Assembly: GCA_964016885.1 (NCBI GenBank)
Contig: OZ024750.1
Span: 17,050,001 to 17,114,000, forward strand
Direction of reading: 5' to 3'
DNA length: 64,000 nt
From: Eledone cirrhosa
Taxonomy: Eukaryota
In this document: positions 29,678 to 44,559 of the stretch, piece by piece
Numbering within the stretch: the stretch's first letter is position 1
Layout: each line of letters begins with the position of its first letter
Translations under genes and position numbers: made by a program
Notes under the pieces: model-generated
Seen by the model: only the letters and a program-made list of their open reading frames with translations
Told to the model about the DNA's origin: nothing
Database searches by the model: none

Positions 29678-29799
29678 GTTCGGATAGGGAGAGAACAGGA
29701 ACTCCGAGAAGGAGTAAGGAGGGCTTTAAGGAGGGAATTTACAAAGTAAAAAATAAAAAAAAATAATGAGAAAAAAAAAAAAATAATATATATATATAA

Positions 29800-30017
29800 G
29801 GAACGATCGACTTTCGTCAAATCGGACCGAGGGAACAATGTTTCCGTTGGTCTTTCCAATTGCTAATACTATCTATCGGTCGCAACTCCAGGTAGAAGGA
29901 GCAACGTGAAATAAAGTGTCTTGCTCAAGGACATAACGCATCGCCTGGTCCAGGAATCGAACTCACAACCTTACGATTGCGAATCCAATTCTCTAACCAC
30001 TCAGCCACACGCCTTCA
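29800..30017 (-). mobile_element. tRNA-derived SINE family B, full head
   Basis: ggcgtgTGGCTGAGTGGttagag...GAGTTCGATTCC (A and B boxes) followed by gtccttgagcaagacactt. Confidence 0.9.
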
Positions 30018-30529
30018 TGTGTGTATATATATATATATATATATACACACAAAATTATATATAGAAAATTAAAAAAAGAAATAGGAGCTAAATCTAGACA
30101 ACCACGATAGCAACAACTACAACTACGACAATAACAACAATATCAACAATAACAACTACAACAATAACAACAATATCAACAATAACAACTACAACAATAA
30201 CAACAATATCAACAATAACAACTACAACAATAACAACAATATCAACAATAACAACAAAAATATCATTTGAAACTTGTGTACATTCTTGCGGTATTTCTAA
30301 CACCTTTTCAATGTTGTTCTTGTTTATTTTGGGTAGTGGAGGTAAAGGAGGCGGTGAAGGTGGTGGGTAGTGGAGGTGATGGTGGGGGCGAGTGGAGGTA
30401 GGGTGGGGGATATGGTGGTGGTGGTTGTGGTGGGGAGATGGGTTGCGAAAGTGATGGTGATGCTGATGATGTTTGGGGTTGATAGTGGTCGTTGCCAGGA
30501 CAGTGGCTATGATGGTATTGATGGTTTTG

Positions 30530-33500
30530 GTGATGGTGGTGTTGGTGACGGTGGTGTTGGTGACGGTGGTGTTGGTGATGGTGGTGTTAGTGTAGGTGAA
30601 GGTGGTGTTAGTGTTGGTGAAGGGGGTGTTAGTGTTGGTGAAGGTGGTGTTAGTGTAGGTGGTGTTAGTGTAGGTGAAGGTGGTGTTAGTGTAAGTGAAG
30701 CTGGTGTTAGTGTAGGTGATGGTGGTGTTAGTGTTGGTGAAGGTGGTGTTAGTGTTGGTGAAGGGGGTGTTAGTGTTGGTGAAGGTGGTGTTAGTGTAGG
30801 TGGTGTTGGTGTAGGTGAAGGTGGTGTTAGTGTTGGTGAAGGTGGTGTTAGTGTTGGTGAAGGGGGTGTTAGTGTTGGTGAAGGTGGTGTTAGTGTAGGT
30901 GGTGTTAGTGTTGGTGAAGGTGGTGTTAGTGTAGGTGAAGGTGGTGTTAGTGTTGGTGAAGGGGTGTTAGTGTAGGTGAAGGTGGTGTTAGTGTTGGTGA
31001 AGGTGGTGTTAGTGTAGGTGAAGGTGGTGTTAGTGTAGGTGAAGGTGGTGTTAGTGTTGGTGAAGGTGGTGTTAGTGTAGGTGAAGGTGGTGTTAGTGTA
31101 GGTGAAGGTGGTGTTAGTGTAGGTGATGGTGGTGTTAGTGTTGGTGAAGGTGGTGTTAGTGTAGGTGAAGGTGGTGTTAGTGTAGGTGGTGTTAGTGTTG
31201 GTGAAGGTGGTGTTAGTGTAGGTGATGGTGGTGTTAGTTTTGGTGAAGGTGGTGTTAGTGTTGGTGAAGGGGTGTTAGTGTAGGTGAAGGTGGTGTTAGT
31301 GTAGGTGAAGGTGGTGTTAGTGTTGGTGAAGGTGGTGTTAGTGTAGGTGAAGGTGGTGTTAGTGTTGGTGAAGGGGTGTTAGTGTAGGTGAAGGTGGTGT
31401 TAGTGTAGGTGAAGGTGGTGTTAGTGTAGGTGAAGGTGGTGTTAGTGTAGTTGAAGGTGGTGTTAGTGTAGGTGAAGGTGGTGTTAGAGTTGGTGAAGGT
31501 GGTGTTAGTGTAGGTGAAGGTGGTGTTAGTGTTGGTGAAGGTGGTGTTAGTGTAGGTGAAGGTGGTGTTAGTGTTGGTGGAGGTGGTGTTAGAGTTGGTG
31601 TAGGTGGTGTTAGTGTAGGTGAAGGTGGTGTTAGTGTAGGTGAAGGTGGCGTTAGTGTAGGTGAAGGTGGTGTTAGTGTAGGTGAAGGTGGTGTTAGTGT
31701 AGGTGAAGGTGGTGTTAGAGTTGGTGAAGGTGGTGTTAGTGTAGGTGAAGGTGGTGTTAGTGTTGGTGAAGGTGGTGTTAGTGTAGGTGAAGGTGGTGTT
31801 AGTGTTGGTGGAGGTGGTGTTAGTGTAGGTGAAGGTGGTGTTAGTGTAGGTAAAGGTGGTGTTAGTGTAGGTGAAGGTGGTGTTAGTGTAGGTGAAGGTG
31901 GTGTTAGTGTAGGTGAAGGTGGTGTTAGAGTTGGTGTAGGTGGTGTTAGTGTAGGTGAAGGTGGTGTTAGTGTTGGTGAAGGTGGTGTTAGTGTAGGTGA
32001 AGGTGGTGTTAGTGTAGGTGAAGGTGGTGTTAGTGTTGGTGAAGGTGGTGTTAGTGTAGGTGAAGGTGGTGTTAGTGTAGGTGAAGGTGGTGTTAGTGTA
32101 GGTGGTGTTAGTGTAGGTGAAGGTGGTGTTAGTGTAGGTGAAGGTGGTGTTAGTGTAGGTGAAGGTGGTGTTAGTGTAGGTGAAGGTGGTGTTAGAGTTG
32201 GTGAAGGTGGTGTTAGTGTAGGTGAAGGTGGTGTTAGTGTTGGTGAAGGTGGTGTTAGTGTAGGTGAAGGTGGTGTTTGTGTAGGTGGTGTTAGTGTAGG
32301 TGAAGGTGGTGTTAGTGTAGGTGAAGGTGGTGTTAGTGTAGGTGAAGGTGGTGTTAGTGTAGGTGAAGGTGGTGTTAGAGTTGGTGAAGGTGGTGTTAGT
32401 GTAGGTGAAGGTGGTGTTAGTGTTGGTGAAGGTGGTGTTAGTGTAGGTGAAGGTGGTGTTAGTGTTGGTGGAGGTGGTGTTAGAGTTGGTGTAGGTGGTG
32501 TTAGTGTAGGTGAAGGTGGTGTTAGTGTTGGTGAAGGTGGTGTTAGTGTAGGTGAAGGTGGTGTTAGTGTAGGTGAAGGTGGTGTTAGTGTTGGTGAAGG
32601 TGGTGTTAGTGTAGGTGAAGGTGGTGTTAGTGTAAGTGAAGCTGGTGTTAGTGTAGGTGAAGGTGGTGTTAGTGTAGGTGAAGGTGGTGTTAGTGTTGGT
32701 GAAGGTGGTGTTAGTGTAGGTGAAGGTGGTGTTAGTGTTGGTGAAGGTGGTGTTAGTGTAGGTGGTGTTAGTGTTGGTGAAGGTGGTGTTAGTGTAGGTG
32801 GTGTTAGTGTTGGTGAAGGTGGTGTTAGTGTTGGTGAAGGTGGTGTTAGTGTAGGTGAAGGTGGTGTTAGTGTTGGTGAAGGTGGTGTTAGTGTAGGTGA
32901 AGGTGGTGTTAGTGTAGGTGAAGGTGGTGTTAGTGTTGGTGAAGGTGGTGTTAGTGTAGGTGAAGGTGGTGTTAGTGTTGGTGAAGGTGGTGTTAGTGTA
33001 GGTGAAGGTGGTGTTAGTGTTGGTGAAGGTGGTGTTAGTGTAGGTGGTGTTAGTGTTGGTGAAGGTGGTGTTAGTGTAGGTGGTGTTAGTGTTGGTGAAG
33101 GTGGTGTTAGTGTAGATGGTGTTAGTGTTGGTGAAGGTGGTGTTAGTGTAGGTGGTGTTAGTGTAGGTGGAGGTGGTGTTAGTGTTGGTGAAGGTGGTGT
33201 TAGTGTAGGTGAAGGTGGTGTTAGTGTTGGCGAAGGTGGTGTTAGTGTAGGTGAAGGTGGTGTTAGTGTTGGTGAAGGTGGTGTTAGTGTAGGTGGTGTT
33301 AGTGTTGGTGAAGGTGGTGTTAGTGTAGGTGGTGTTAGTGTTGGTGAAGGTGGTGTTAGTGTTGGTGAAGGTGGTGTTAGTGTAGGTGAAGGTGGTGTTA
33401 GTGTAGGTGAAGGTGGTGTTAGTGTAGGTGAAGGTGGTGTTAGTGTTGGTGAAGGTGGTGTTAGTGAAGGTGAAGGTGGTGTTAGTGTAGGTGGTGTTAG

Positions 33501-33935
33501 TGTTGGTGAAGGTGGTGTTAGTGTTGGTGAAGGTGGTGTTAGTGTTGGTGAAGGGGTGTTAGTGTAGGTGAAGGTGGTGTTAGTGTAGGTGAAGGTGGTG
33601 TTAGTGTAGGTGAAGGTGGTGTTAGTGTAGGTGAAGGTGGTGTTAGTGTAGGTGAAGGTGGTGTTAGTGTAGGTGAAGGTGGTGTTAGTGTAGGTGAAGG
33701 TGGTGTTAGTGTTGGTGAAGGTGGTGTTAGTGTAGGTGGTGTTAGTGTTGGTGAAGGTGGTGTTAGTGTAGGTGGTGTTAGTGTTGGTGAAGGTGGTGTT
33801 AGTGTTGGTGAAGGTGGTGTTAGTGTAGGTGAAGGTGGTGTTAGTGTTGGTGAAGGTGGTGGTTGTGAAGGGGGTGTTGGTGTTGGTGAAGGTGGTGGTT
33901 GTGAAGGGGGTGTTGGTGTTGGTGTTGGCGGTGTT
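30530..33935. repeat. 21-bp GT-rich minisatellite (~3.4 kb)
   Basis: Unit ggtggtgttagtgtaggtgaa with 15-bp deletion variants; grades into (GGT)-like sequence at both ends. Confidence 0.97.
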
Positions 33936-34144
33936 GGGGCTATTGACAATGCTTTAATCTAACTTAGAAACAGTCAAGTGTACACATCTGTTGCTTTAAT
34001 AAGAAGAGAAAACCTACTTTGTTGTTGTTAGTGTTATTATTGTTTTCATTTTATGTGTTTGTCTGTGGTTTTTTTTATCTTCCTCTTCCCACCTCCCTTT
34101 GCCTATATTTATATACACATATACATACGCATATATACATATAT

Positions 34145-34177
<33 letters not shown>

Positions 34178-34375
34178 CATTATATATATATACATATATA
34201 TATATACACATATATATACACATATATATATACACATATATATACACATATATATATACACACACATATATATATATATATACATTATATATATACATTA
34301 TATTTATACATACATATATATATATATATACATACATACATATATATGTATATACATACATATATATGTATATAC

Positions 34376-34514
34376 AGTCCAGAAATAGCCGTCGAAACGG
34401 CTTGAGCTCTGTCGTCGGGGTCAAACTTTCTTTTATTTCCCACTCTACTACCCTAAGTATTGAGTACTCTGGTGCGTTATGGTCCATCTGGTTACTTACC
34501 ACAATTCCTTCGTT
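34376..34514 (+). mobile_element. GTCGAAACGG-family element, non-inverted
   Basis: cagtccagaaatagccgtcgaaacggcttgagctc...ttgagtactct...cttcgt-(TA); similar copy at 42408-42538. Confidence 0.75.
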
Positions 34515-34619
34515 ATATACATACATACATATGTATATACATACACAGAGAGAGAGAGAGGGGGAGAGAGAGAGAGAGAGAGAGAGAGATTTCTTTATTT
34601 GCCCATAGATAGATATACA

Positions 34620-34650
<31 letters not shown>

Positions 34651-35129
34651 CAATATATAAATCTCTCTCTAACTCACTGTGTGTTGCTCGCGCGCGCGCC
34701 CGTGTGTGTGTGTGTGTGTGTGTGTGTGCGTCCGTGCGTGCGTGTGTCTGTGTGTGTTTGTATACAAAGTGCATTTATGTTGCTGATGGAGGTCTTTATT
34801 TTATCGTGGCCTCGCCGACCACTTTCACACGGAATCTACTCAAAGATTGTCGTTCTTTTCACCTGTCGTCGCCATTAATCACCAAGGAAAATAAAAAAAA
34901 ACTAAAGAAAAATGAAAGAAAATACGAAGGAGAGATTAACAGGGCGAGAGAGAGAATGGGAGGGGTAGGTGAGATGAAAGAGAGAGAAAAATAGCCGAAA
35001 AAGAGTGAGATTAGGATGAGGGAGAGAGAGTAAGAAGAGAAGAGACAGGAAAGAAGCAGAAATCTAGAGAGGGGGAGAGAGACAGAGAGCCAGACAGAGT
35101 TATAGACAGAGAGAGAGAGGAGAGAGAAG

Positions 35130-35190
<61 letters not shown>

Positions 35191-36232
35191 GGAGAGAGGC
35201 TGAAGCTATAGCCATCGTTTTAACTTTCCCACAATCAAATGATGTTGTTGGCCCTCAGATATGACATAGCATTACATTACACTCATAGATAAGGGGTAGG
35301 CTACATCCTTGGGCGACCGGTAAGGAACCTTCCAACGGTAGAACCTTCTTGCTAAGTTTTGACCGAGGGGCAGTGCTGTTGGCTATCATAGGATCTCGAA
35401 ATTCCAGTTATTGGTGCTATTGTTGTCCTGATAAACGGTTATATGTCCACTCTTGCCCAAAACATGACTAGGTAGATGATTCTTGATGGCGGACGTTCTG
35501 ATCAGAAAGGACAGGGAATAGGCTTATTTGGAGGGAGGTGCAGTGCCCATAGCCTCCACAGGACCTCCAAGACTGGAGATATTGATGACGAGGATTTTTC
35601 TGTTTCAATTGTAGGAGGTTCACTCCTTTACGAAAGATATGATTATAGAGGGGAGTTCACATAGGGCGGATGTTCTTCTCCAGGAACAACTGGGTGTAGT
35701 AGTTTGTGTGGAGCCTGAGGACGGGGTTATACATAACACAGATGGTGGTGGTGGAGGGGGGGGGGTGAGACAGAGTGCCTGGGTGGAGGTAAAAAAACTA
35801 GAACACTCCCAGGTGCTGCAGCATTGCCTTAATATATACATGCAAAAATATATTCTTAGAAGTAAAAAGCAAATATATGTGTGTGTGTGTTTGTGTCTGA
35901 GTGAATCTGTCTGTGTGTGTTTGTGTCTGAGTGCGTCTATCTGTGTGTGTGTATGTATACATTATATATATATATATTACATACATATATATATATATGT
36001 ATATAATCATATATATATATACATTTATACGTACACATACATATCTCACACACCTATATACTATATATATATACTTATATAGGGGTGTATAAGAAAACAT
36101 ATGTACATAATCTAAACATACAGTATATGTTTATATGTTTATATATGTTTTATATACACCCCTATTATGTGTCAACGCTGTCTTAGTGCTACTGTCCCTA
36201 TATATATATTTATATATATATATCAATATAAA

Positions 36233-36448
36233 AGGAACGATCGACATTCGCCAAATCGGACCTAGGAAACAATGTTTCCATTGGTCTTTCCAATTGCTAA
36301 TACTATCTATCGGTCGCAACTCCGGGTAGAAAGAGCAACGGGAAATAAAGTATCTTGCTCAAGGACATAACGCATCGCCCGGTCCGGGAATGGAACTCAC
36401 AACCTTACAATTGCGAATCCCATTCTCTAACCACTCAGCCACACGCCT
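36233..36448 (-). mobile_element. tRNA-derived SINE family B
   Basis: Homologous to 29800-30017. Confidence 0.85.
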
Positions 36449-36513
36449 TATATACATATATATATATATACATGTATATATATATATACATACATATGTA
36501 TATATACATACAT

Positions 36514-36607
<94 letters not shown>

Positions 36608-36732
36608 TGTGGCTATCTATCTCCGGCAGTCTATCATGGAATCCTTTTTAGTAGAATGTCTATACAATTCCTATGCACTTTTGAAATTTTTTAGAATTCC
36701 TAAATGGTTTGAAAGCCGGTTCTTCTCTTTTA

Positions 36733-36807
<75 letters not shown>

Positions 36808-37289
36808 TATATATAAATATATATATAAATATTTACTTTTTGAAAAAAAAAAGTGTATTTAAATTTCTTTCCGCACTTCCTGAATACATAATATAGGAGA
36901 AGAGAAGCCATACTGATTTTATATTGATTTTATTTTTTCTATTGTCTCAGTTGGTTCAATGCCACAGATTTCCAAGGAAAGATGTATTGGAGGGGGGGGG
37001 GGGATTGATCGATACTGGAATCAATCAAAGTGTAATCCCAGTAACTCTGGTACATATTTTCACATCAATGGCGAGATGAACTGGTGAGTCACAATGACAA
37101 CAACATACACAGCCAATAACTAAAAAAGGGGGGGAAAAACACTAGATACCGCTGAATAGATGGGATGGCCATGGCTGGAAATACTTTCATCATAGGTTTG
37201 TGGGAAGCTAAACAATAACAAAAGCGATAACAGTATATCCGATATAACTTCGATCAAATGCTTACAAAACATTCTATAATTTTAAAGAA

Positions 37290-38040
37290 ACCTTTAACAC
37301 ATTCGTTACCATATTTCTAATGAAAGATACTACCTCTAATTTTCAAATAACAGTGAAAATAATGAAGGAATTGAACAGATTTAATAACATAACTTACTTT
37401 CTCGTTGTTAAGCCGGTATTTGATAAACATTATCTCTTTAACCCTTTAGCATTTACATTACTCTATACTTACTATTATATTTTCATGGTAAAGGCTTCAC
37501 TTTACATAGTTATCACACATAATATCGAATCCATGCGATTTTGATATTATTTATTTTAAGAACAATACCTTAACATAAATATGAGCAGCCTGTTATGGCC
37601 AGTTTAAACAGAAAGACACGAGAGAATTCTGGCTGGATATGGCCGGTTTAAATGCTAAACCTTTTGTTACCATATCTCTAATGAAAGACATGGTCAGTGA
37701 TTTTCAAATCATTTTTTAAAATAAATATGAATTTGCAGGTATTTAATAACTTTCTCATTATTATGATGATGTTTGTAACCTAACTTAAAGGTTCTTACAT
37801 AAAATTATGATGGAAGGTTTTTAGATAAATATAATTTAACTGTTTCGCTACCATATTTCTCGTGAAAGACAGTCTATGATTTTCAAATACTTTTGAAATT
37901 TATCAAGAATTTGGAGCCATTTAATAATTATGAAACGGGGATTCGGAATATAACTTAAAGCAGATTCTTATATAAAATTATGATGAAGGTTTGCAAATAA
38001 ATATAAACAATCTAAAACAAATAATTTGGTATCATTAGAG
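37290..38040. mobile_element. Cluster of TTAA-type (piggyBac-like) MITE remnants
   Basis: ttaaccctttagcattt...aaatgctaaa inverted ends at ~37438-37659; three related modules gttaccatatttct..tgaaaga...ttttcaaat. Confidence 0.45.
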
Positions 38041-38264
38041 CCAGTAATGGTTCAGTTGGTTTGGTAGAGATAGACGTGAGTGGACAAAATTATTGAACTC
38101 AAAACCAGTAGATGGACTTAACCCTTAACCAAAGGTTATATGACTAGTGTTTTGCTAGTGTAGCCTGAGAGAAGCTATGTAAGCAAAAACATTATTAATT
38201 CTGAGCATCCTGTACTACATGAAATCTCATTAACACGGCAGCTAATACTGGAATTTTTTTTTTT

Positions 38265-39062
38265 AGTTATGTTCCTTTACGGTCTGAGTTTCAAACTCCG
38301 TCAAGGTTAACTTTGCCTTTCATCCTTACGGGGTCAATAAAGTAAAGTACCAGTAACGTACTGGTGTCGATACAATCAACTTGCCCATCCCACCAAATTA
38401 CTGGCCTTGTGCCTATACTAGAAATAATCATTATTATTATTAAATAAGTAAATACAGAAAAATAATGAATAAATAAATTATTGAAGGCGGTGAGATTGGC
38501 AGTATCGGTAGAGTGTCAGACAACATGCTTTGGAGCATAGAGGTATAGCCCTTTACGTTCTGAGTTCAAAATGCCGCCGAGATTAGCTTTGTCTTTCATC
38601 CTTACGGGGTCGATAAAATAAAGCACCAGTAATACACTGGGGGTTTTTTTGCTGGCCTTGTGCCAATAGTAGAAACAAATATAATTGGATGGGTAGAATG
38701 GTTAACGTGTCTGATATTTGGTTTGTGGCATTTGTTCCAGCTCTTGGCCGCCTGGATTCAGATCCTGTTGAGGTCAACTATGTCATTCATCTTTCTGACG
38801 TCGATAAAACAAAGTACCAGTAATGCACTGGGGGCGTTTTAATCGACTTTCCCCTGCCCCCAAATTGTGCCTAAATCAGAAACCATTATTGTATCGGTAG
38901 AGGGTCGGATGCCATGCTATGCAGCATAGAGATATGGTCCTTTACGGTTTGAGTTCAAATCCCACCGAGGTTAACTTTGCCTTTCATCTTTACGGGGGTC
39001 GATAAAATAAAGTACACTGGGATAATTGCTGGCCTTGTGCCAAAAAGTAGAAACAATTATTA
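38265..39062 (+). mobile_element. Head-to-tail cluster of four SINE A copies
   Basis: Repeated B-box and gcctttcatcc..cgataaaataaagtaccag body. Confidence 0.8.
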
Positions 39063-39390
39063 CCGCCATCCGCTTCTTTAATACCCTTAACAGACCTACA
39101 ATGACGCATATAAAAATATGAACTGGATTGTAATAGCGGACAAGAGAGTAGGAGCATAGTAGTAGTAGTAGTAGTAGGAGGAAGAGGAGGGGGAGGGGAA
39201 GGAGGGGAGGAGGGGGAGGAGGGGAGGAAGGGGGTGCAAATAGAACACAGGAGGTCGAAGAAGAGAAAATATGGTGGAAAGTAATACTACTGTCTGTATT
39301 GATAGATAAATAAAGAGAGAGAGAGGTGGAGATGGTTATGTTTGTAAACTGTAAAGTCGGAGGTGGATTTAGAAGAAACTGGGAGCGAGG

Positions 39391-39446
<56 letters not shown>

Positions 39447-39612
39447 GAGGGAGATAAAGGGGGGAGGGACAAAGAGAGAGAGGGATAAGGAGAGAGAGAG
39501 ACAAAGAGAGAGGGAGATAAGGGGAGAGAGAAAAAGAGAGAGGGCGATATTCACTAGTTCAATAGATCGATTGGATTGGATTACAGAGGCTGCTAGATAG
39601 AGAGATGAACTA

Positions 39613-39681
<69 letters not shown>

Positions 39682-39934
39682 CGAGTGAGATAGAGAGATG
39701 GTAGAGTTTGAAATGGAGAAAAAAATATTTATTGCAAAAAAGGATTATTCGATATATATTTTAATATCTTCTATAGAACTGTTGCCATGGGGACGTTAGT
39801 ATATGTCTATATCTATCTCTATATATATATATAGAGAGAGAGAGAGACATATATATGCATATATATCGCACCACGGCCTCCATCACATATATATATATAT
39901 ATATCTGTGTGTGTGTGTGTTTATTTATACATCC

Positions 39935-39987
<53 letters not shown>

Positions 39988-40093
39988 CGAACAAAATAAA
40001 ACAGGGAAAGAAAATACCTGCAAAATTGACAATAAAATAATCGACAGAACGACAGAGGTGGGGGATGAAAAAGTGTGAGACAGAAGGAGAGAG

Positions 40094-40189
<96 letters not shown>

Positions 40190-40363
40190 TGTTAGACAGA
40201 GGAGGTAACAGAGAGAGAGAGAGGGGGTGACAGAGCATAAGAAATGATCAGGAAAATATGTAAAGTGTGCCAATTTACAGTCGAGTGGACACAGGAGTTT
40301 ATAGGGGCTGATAGATGGAGTGGGTAGACGGGTGGAGTGTACTGTGTGGAGGCGAGTATTCGT

Positions 40364-40409
<46 letters not shown>

Positions 40410-40486
40410 AAGTACACAGACACACACACACATATATATGTACATATATATGCACCTATATATATATATATATACATGTATGTGTT

Positions 40487-40518
<32 letters not shown>

Positions 40519-40548
40519 ATATGTGTACATATATATATATATGTAGGT

Positions 40549-40590
<42 letters not shown>

Positions 40591-40635
40591 GTACATATAT
40601 ATGCACCTATATATATATATATACATGTATGTGTT

Positions 40636-40677
<42 letters not shown>

Positions 40678-40683
40678 ATGTGT

Positions 40684-40714
<31 letters not shown>

Positions 40715-41048
40715 ATATGTGTACATATATATATATGTGTAGGTGTACACACACACACACACACACACACACCCATATATATATATATTAACGATATGCT
40801 CTCATATATAAAAAAAAGTATCTAAGAAAATGTTGTCTTATATATTACATGAGATAAGGAAAATGTATTGCTTGGATTGCTGTGGTGGATTTTATAGAGA
40901 AATGATGGAGGCAATAGATGAAGAGGGCATGGTAGGAAGTGTGTGGAACTTAGTGTAATGTGTGGGTGGGAGTGATAGAGTGAGTGAGTGGGAGAGAGTG
41001 ATGTTTCGATAGATAAATACATGGATGGATAGATGCATAGATAGATAT

Positions 41049-41146
<98 letters not shown>

Positions 41147-41349
41147 TAGTGAGTGGCTGCATCGGTAAATAAATGGATTGATGGATATATAAACACACAC
41201 ATACATACATACATACATACATACATACATACATACACACGTATAGATGGATATATAAACACACACATACATACATACACACGTATATATATATATATAT
41301 ATATCTACATAGGGGGGGGGACGAGGGTGTGTATCTATATGTCTGCTGC

Positions 41350-41393
<44 letters not shown>

Positions 41394-41482
41394 TTATTTA
41401 TATATATATATGTGTGTGTGTGTGTGTATTTATATATTTGTGTGTGTGTGTGTCTATCTGTCTGGTGTATACATGTGTGTGA

Positions 41483-41584
<102 letters not shown>

Positions 41585-41594
41585 GTATATATAC

Positions 41595-41734
<140 letters not shown>

Positions 41735-42232
41735 GTGTGTGTATTTGTATATGTATGTTTGTTTGTATATATATATGTGTGTGTGCGTACGTGTATAAGC
41801 CCATACACAGTCAGACGTAAACTCAAACCCCATACAAAAAGAAGGTAATACTATAGTATTTGATCCACCAACCAAGTAGCTGCTGTGAATATTTAACCCA
41901 GGATCAGCTTTCCATGCTTTCCATTATAGATCCTGTGTTTATTTCATCCTAATCTTATTTCTATTTATTTGTCTACTTATTGCTAAAAGTCTAGCTTGGA
42001 CTACAATATACAATGTGCATGTATTTTGATTCTTGACAGCGTTGGGAGTATTATTTCAGAAAATTTTGGCTGTTATTTCTAGCATAACAAGCGACCACTT
42101 ATGGGTTTTTACTCATTGCTCTGTGAAACGTTGGATAGCTGAAAGGCATTTAAGCATTAGCTCCCTTCAGTAGAGATGGAATTTCATTATGGAACATACA
42201 CACTTAAAAACACAGAATCTCTCTCTTTCTCC

Positions 42233-42280
<48 letters not shown>

Positions 42281-42747
42281 CACATACATACATACACGCA
42301 GAAAAATATAATACGACTCTACCACAAATTGTCATTCACATACATATATGTGAGTGTGCAGTGTGTATGTGTGAATGTCTGATCGGGTATATATATATAT
42401 ATATATAAATAGCCGTCGAAACGGCTTGAGCCCTGCGGTCGGGGTTAAACATTTTCCTATTACCCACTCTACTACCCTAAGTATTGAGTACTCTGGTGCG
42501 TTATGGTGCATCTGGTTCCTTACCACTTTTCCTTCGTTATATATATATATATATATATACATTTAAACACACACACACACATACATGTATATTATGATAT
42601 GGGGCTAACCGACCAGGAATGTGCAAACCACATTTTGGACTGATGCAGATAAAAAGAAGCGCTCAACGACCTGTATAAATGGTACAAGCCGGAGTATAAT
42701 GTAGTATTAAAAACATCTGAGGCCATAAGCAGTTGATTTAGGTTTAG

Positions 42748-42790
<43 letters not shown>

Positions 42791-42794
<4 letters not shown>

Positions 42795-43004
42795 AAAGTT
42801 TTATTTAAGATTGTTGGGTTACAACGAGTAAATATTTTATAACTGATATAAAAGCACTCAACAGTTTCTGGAGTAGGTTTACGATATTAAACAAATGGAA
42901 ACTATATTTATATTTATAAAACCATATTGATATCCCAGAAATATATATAACGAAATAAATATGGTTTTATAAATATAAATATAGTTTCCATTTGTTTAAT
43001 ATCG

Positions 43005-43006
<2 letters not shown>
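42791..43006. mobile_element. TATATA-family pLTR hairpin element
   Basis: Homolog of 8217-8380; fold-back next to GAAATATATATA. Confidence 0.7.
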
Positions 43007-43035
<29 letters not shown>

Positions 43036-43065
43036 AGATCAAAAGATGGTTAAAAGAGTTTCAAG

Positions 43066-43136
43066 TATTTTATTATGCGCATTTCAAAAACAAATATCAT
43101 CATGGGATGATATCTGCGTTCTCATCAGATAAAATA
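43066..43136 (-). ncRNA. Type I hammerhead ribozyme (TGCGCA family) within element 43031-43247
   Basis: tattttat CTGATGA gaacgcagatatcatc-ccat-gatgatatttgttttt GAAA TGCGCA TA ataaaata; perfect 8-bp stem I. Confidence 0.85.
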
Positions 43137-43243
43137 GGGAGACATGATATGAAGCTTAAAAAACACTTGTGAATAGTGAAGTTTTAAATCAGCATATGAA
43201 AAATATTGCATTGCTTTATTGTGCTACAATAAAACTCCCCTCC

Positions 43244-43313
<70 letters not shown>

Positions 43314-43558
43314 TGTATGTATAGTATATTTGGCAATATACTGTATGTTTAATTAAAAACATTTAGAAGACCATTTGGTATGAGTTTTAAAGTAGTGGCT
43401 ATGTCATTTACTCATTCTCGGCAAAAACAACAGAGAGCGGCCGACAGACAGTCTGTTTCTCGCTTGTGAGCGTTTATCAAGACCATATATATATAAAACT
43501 AATAATAAAAAGGACTAAGTTTTAGGTCTTCATTACGTTTATTGAGTAGTGACGCGCG

Positions 43559-43606
<48 letters not shown>

Positions 43607-44198
43607 GATTGCTGCTCTCTCGTTATCGAGTATGGCCATTGCACGATATACCATTATTAATAATTATTAATTAATTCTATCGTGCAATGCCTGTGCGTGA
43701 AGATATTTTTTAAAGTGAGGAAAGTCTGTGCACTGAGCCAATCCCACTCTCTGAGCGACAGTAGCTATAACCCGAAAAGAAGAAAAGATCAACATCATCG
43801 GTAACTACTGAGCCACAGTTTTTATATCGGAGTTATCCCAGTTTCCTGAGTTGCCTTCTCCTAGAAGGATGCCCTGACAAAAGCTTGGGGTCGTCCACTC
43901 CCAGTGGTTTAACAGCGCGATCGGGTGTCCAGCCTGACTATTTCTATGTCTCCGCGCATATACATACACATGCACCCATGTATATACACATATACATACA
44001 TATGTACATATGTACATACTTTTGGATGGGTGTTGACCCTTATGAGTTCTTCCGCCCTTTGTCAGGTTTTGTTTTTTGTCCTGCAGGGTGTCCAAAATCA
44101 CCCTCCTCACCAAGTAAACTTGGTTGGGTTGCCGGTTTAGTCGCCGACAACCTGACCATGCGACAGGTTGTACTTGGTTACATGTTACCAGTAGCACT
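43607..44198 (-). mobile_element. Diverged relative of the RTE-related non-autonomous element
   Basis: Shares 5' block tgctactggtaacatgta...ggcgactaaa and 3' block gatgttga...agagagtggga with 24172-24785. Confidence 0.6.
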
Positions 44199-44210
44199 CA
44201 AGAGTGATTC

Positions 44211-44244
<34 letters not shown>

Positions 44245-44559
44245 GGTGTTAAAGTTTGCTTGAAGCATTGTGAAATGTGTAAAATACGTAGTTAAGAGAT
44301 TTCCTCGAGGTTTCCCTCTGCATTGTTGTGGCTTTCTTAACTACGTATTTTATATATATATATATATATATATATGTATGAAGGACCAACTTGAGTAAAC
44401 CTGAAAAAGAACCCCATAAAGCTTGCCATGTAGCCAACACAGCTAGACTGTATTCTAGCATTATAAAACATGGCATTAAATAATTTGGGGATTTGTAATT
44501 TTTGTTGATGTTTTCTTGAGAATAATTGAATATATCGGCTCAGTATTTGATGGCTACTT

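Noticed and set aside
29940-30017. tRNA gene
   Set aside because: tRNA-like head of a SINE, continuous with the SINE body and present in several copies
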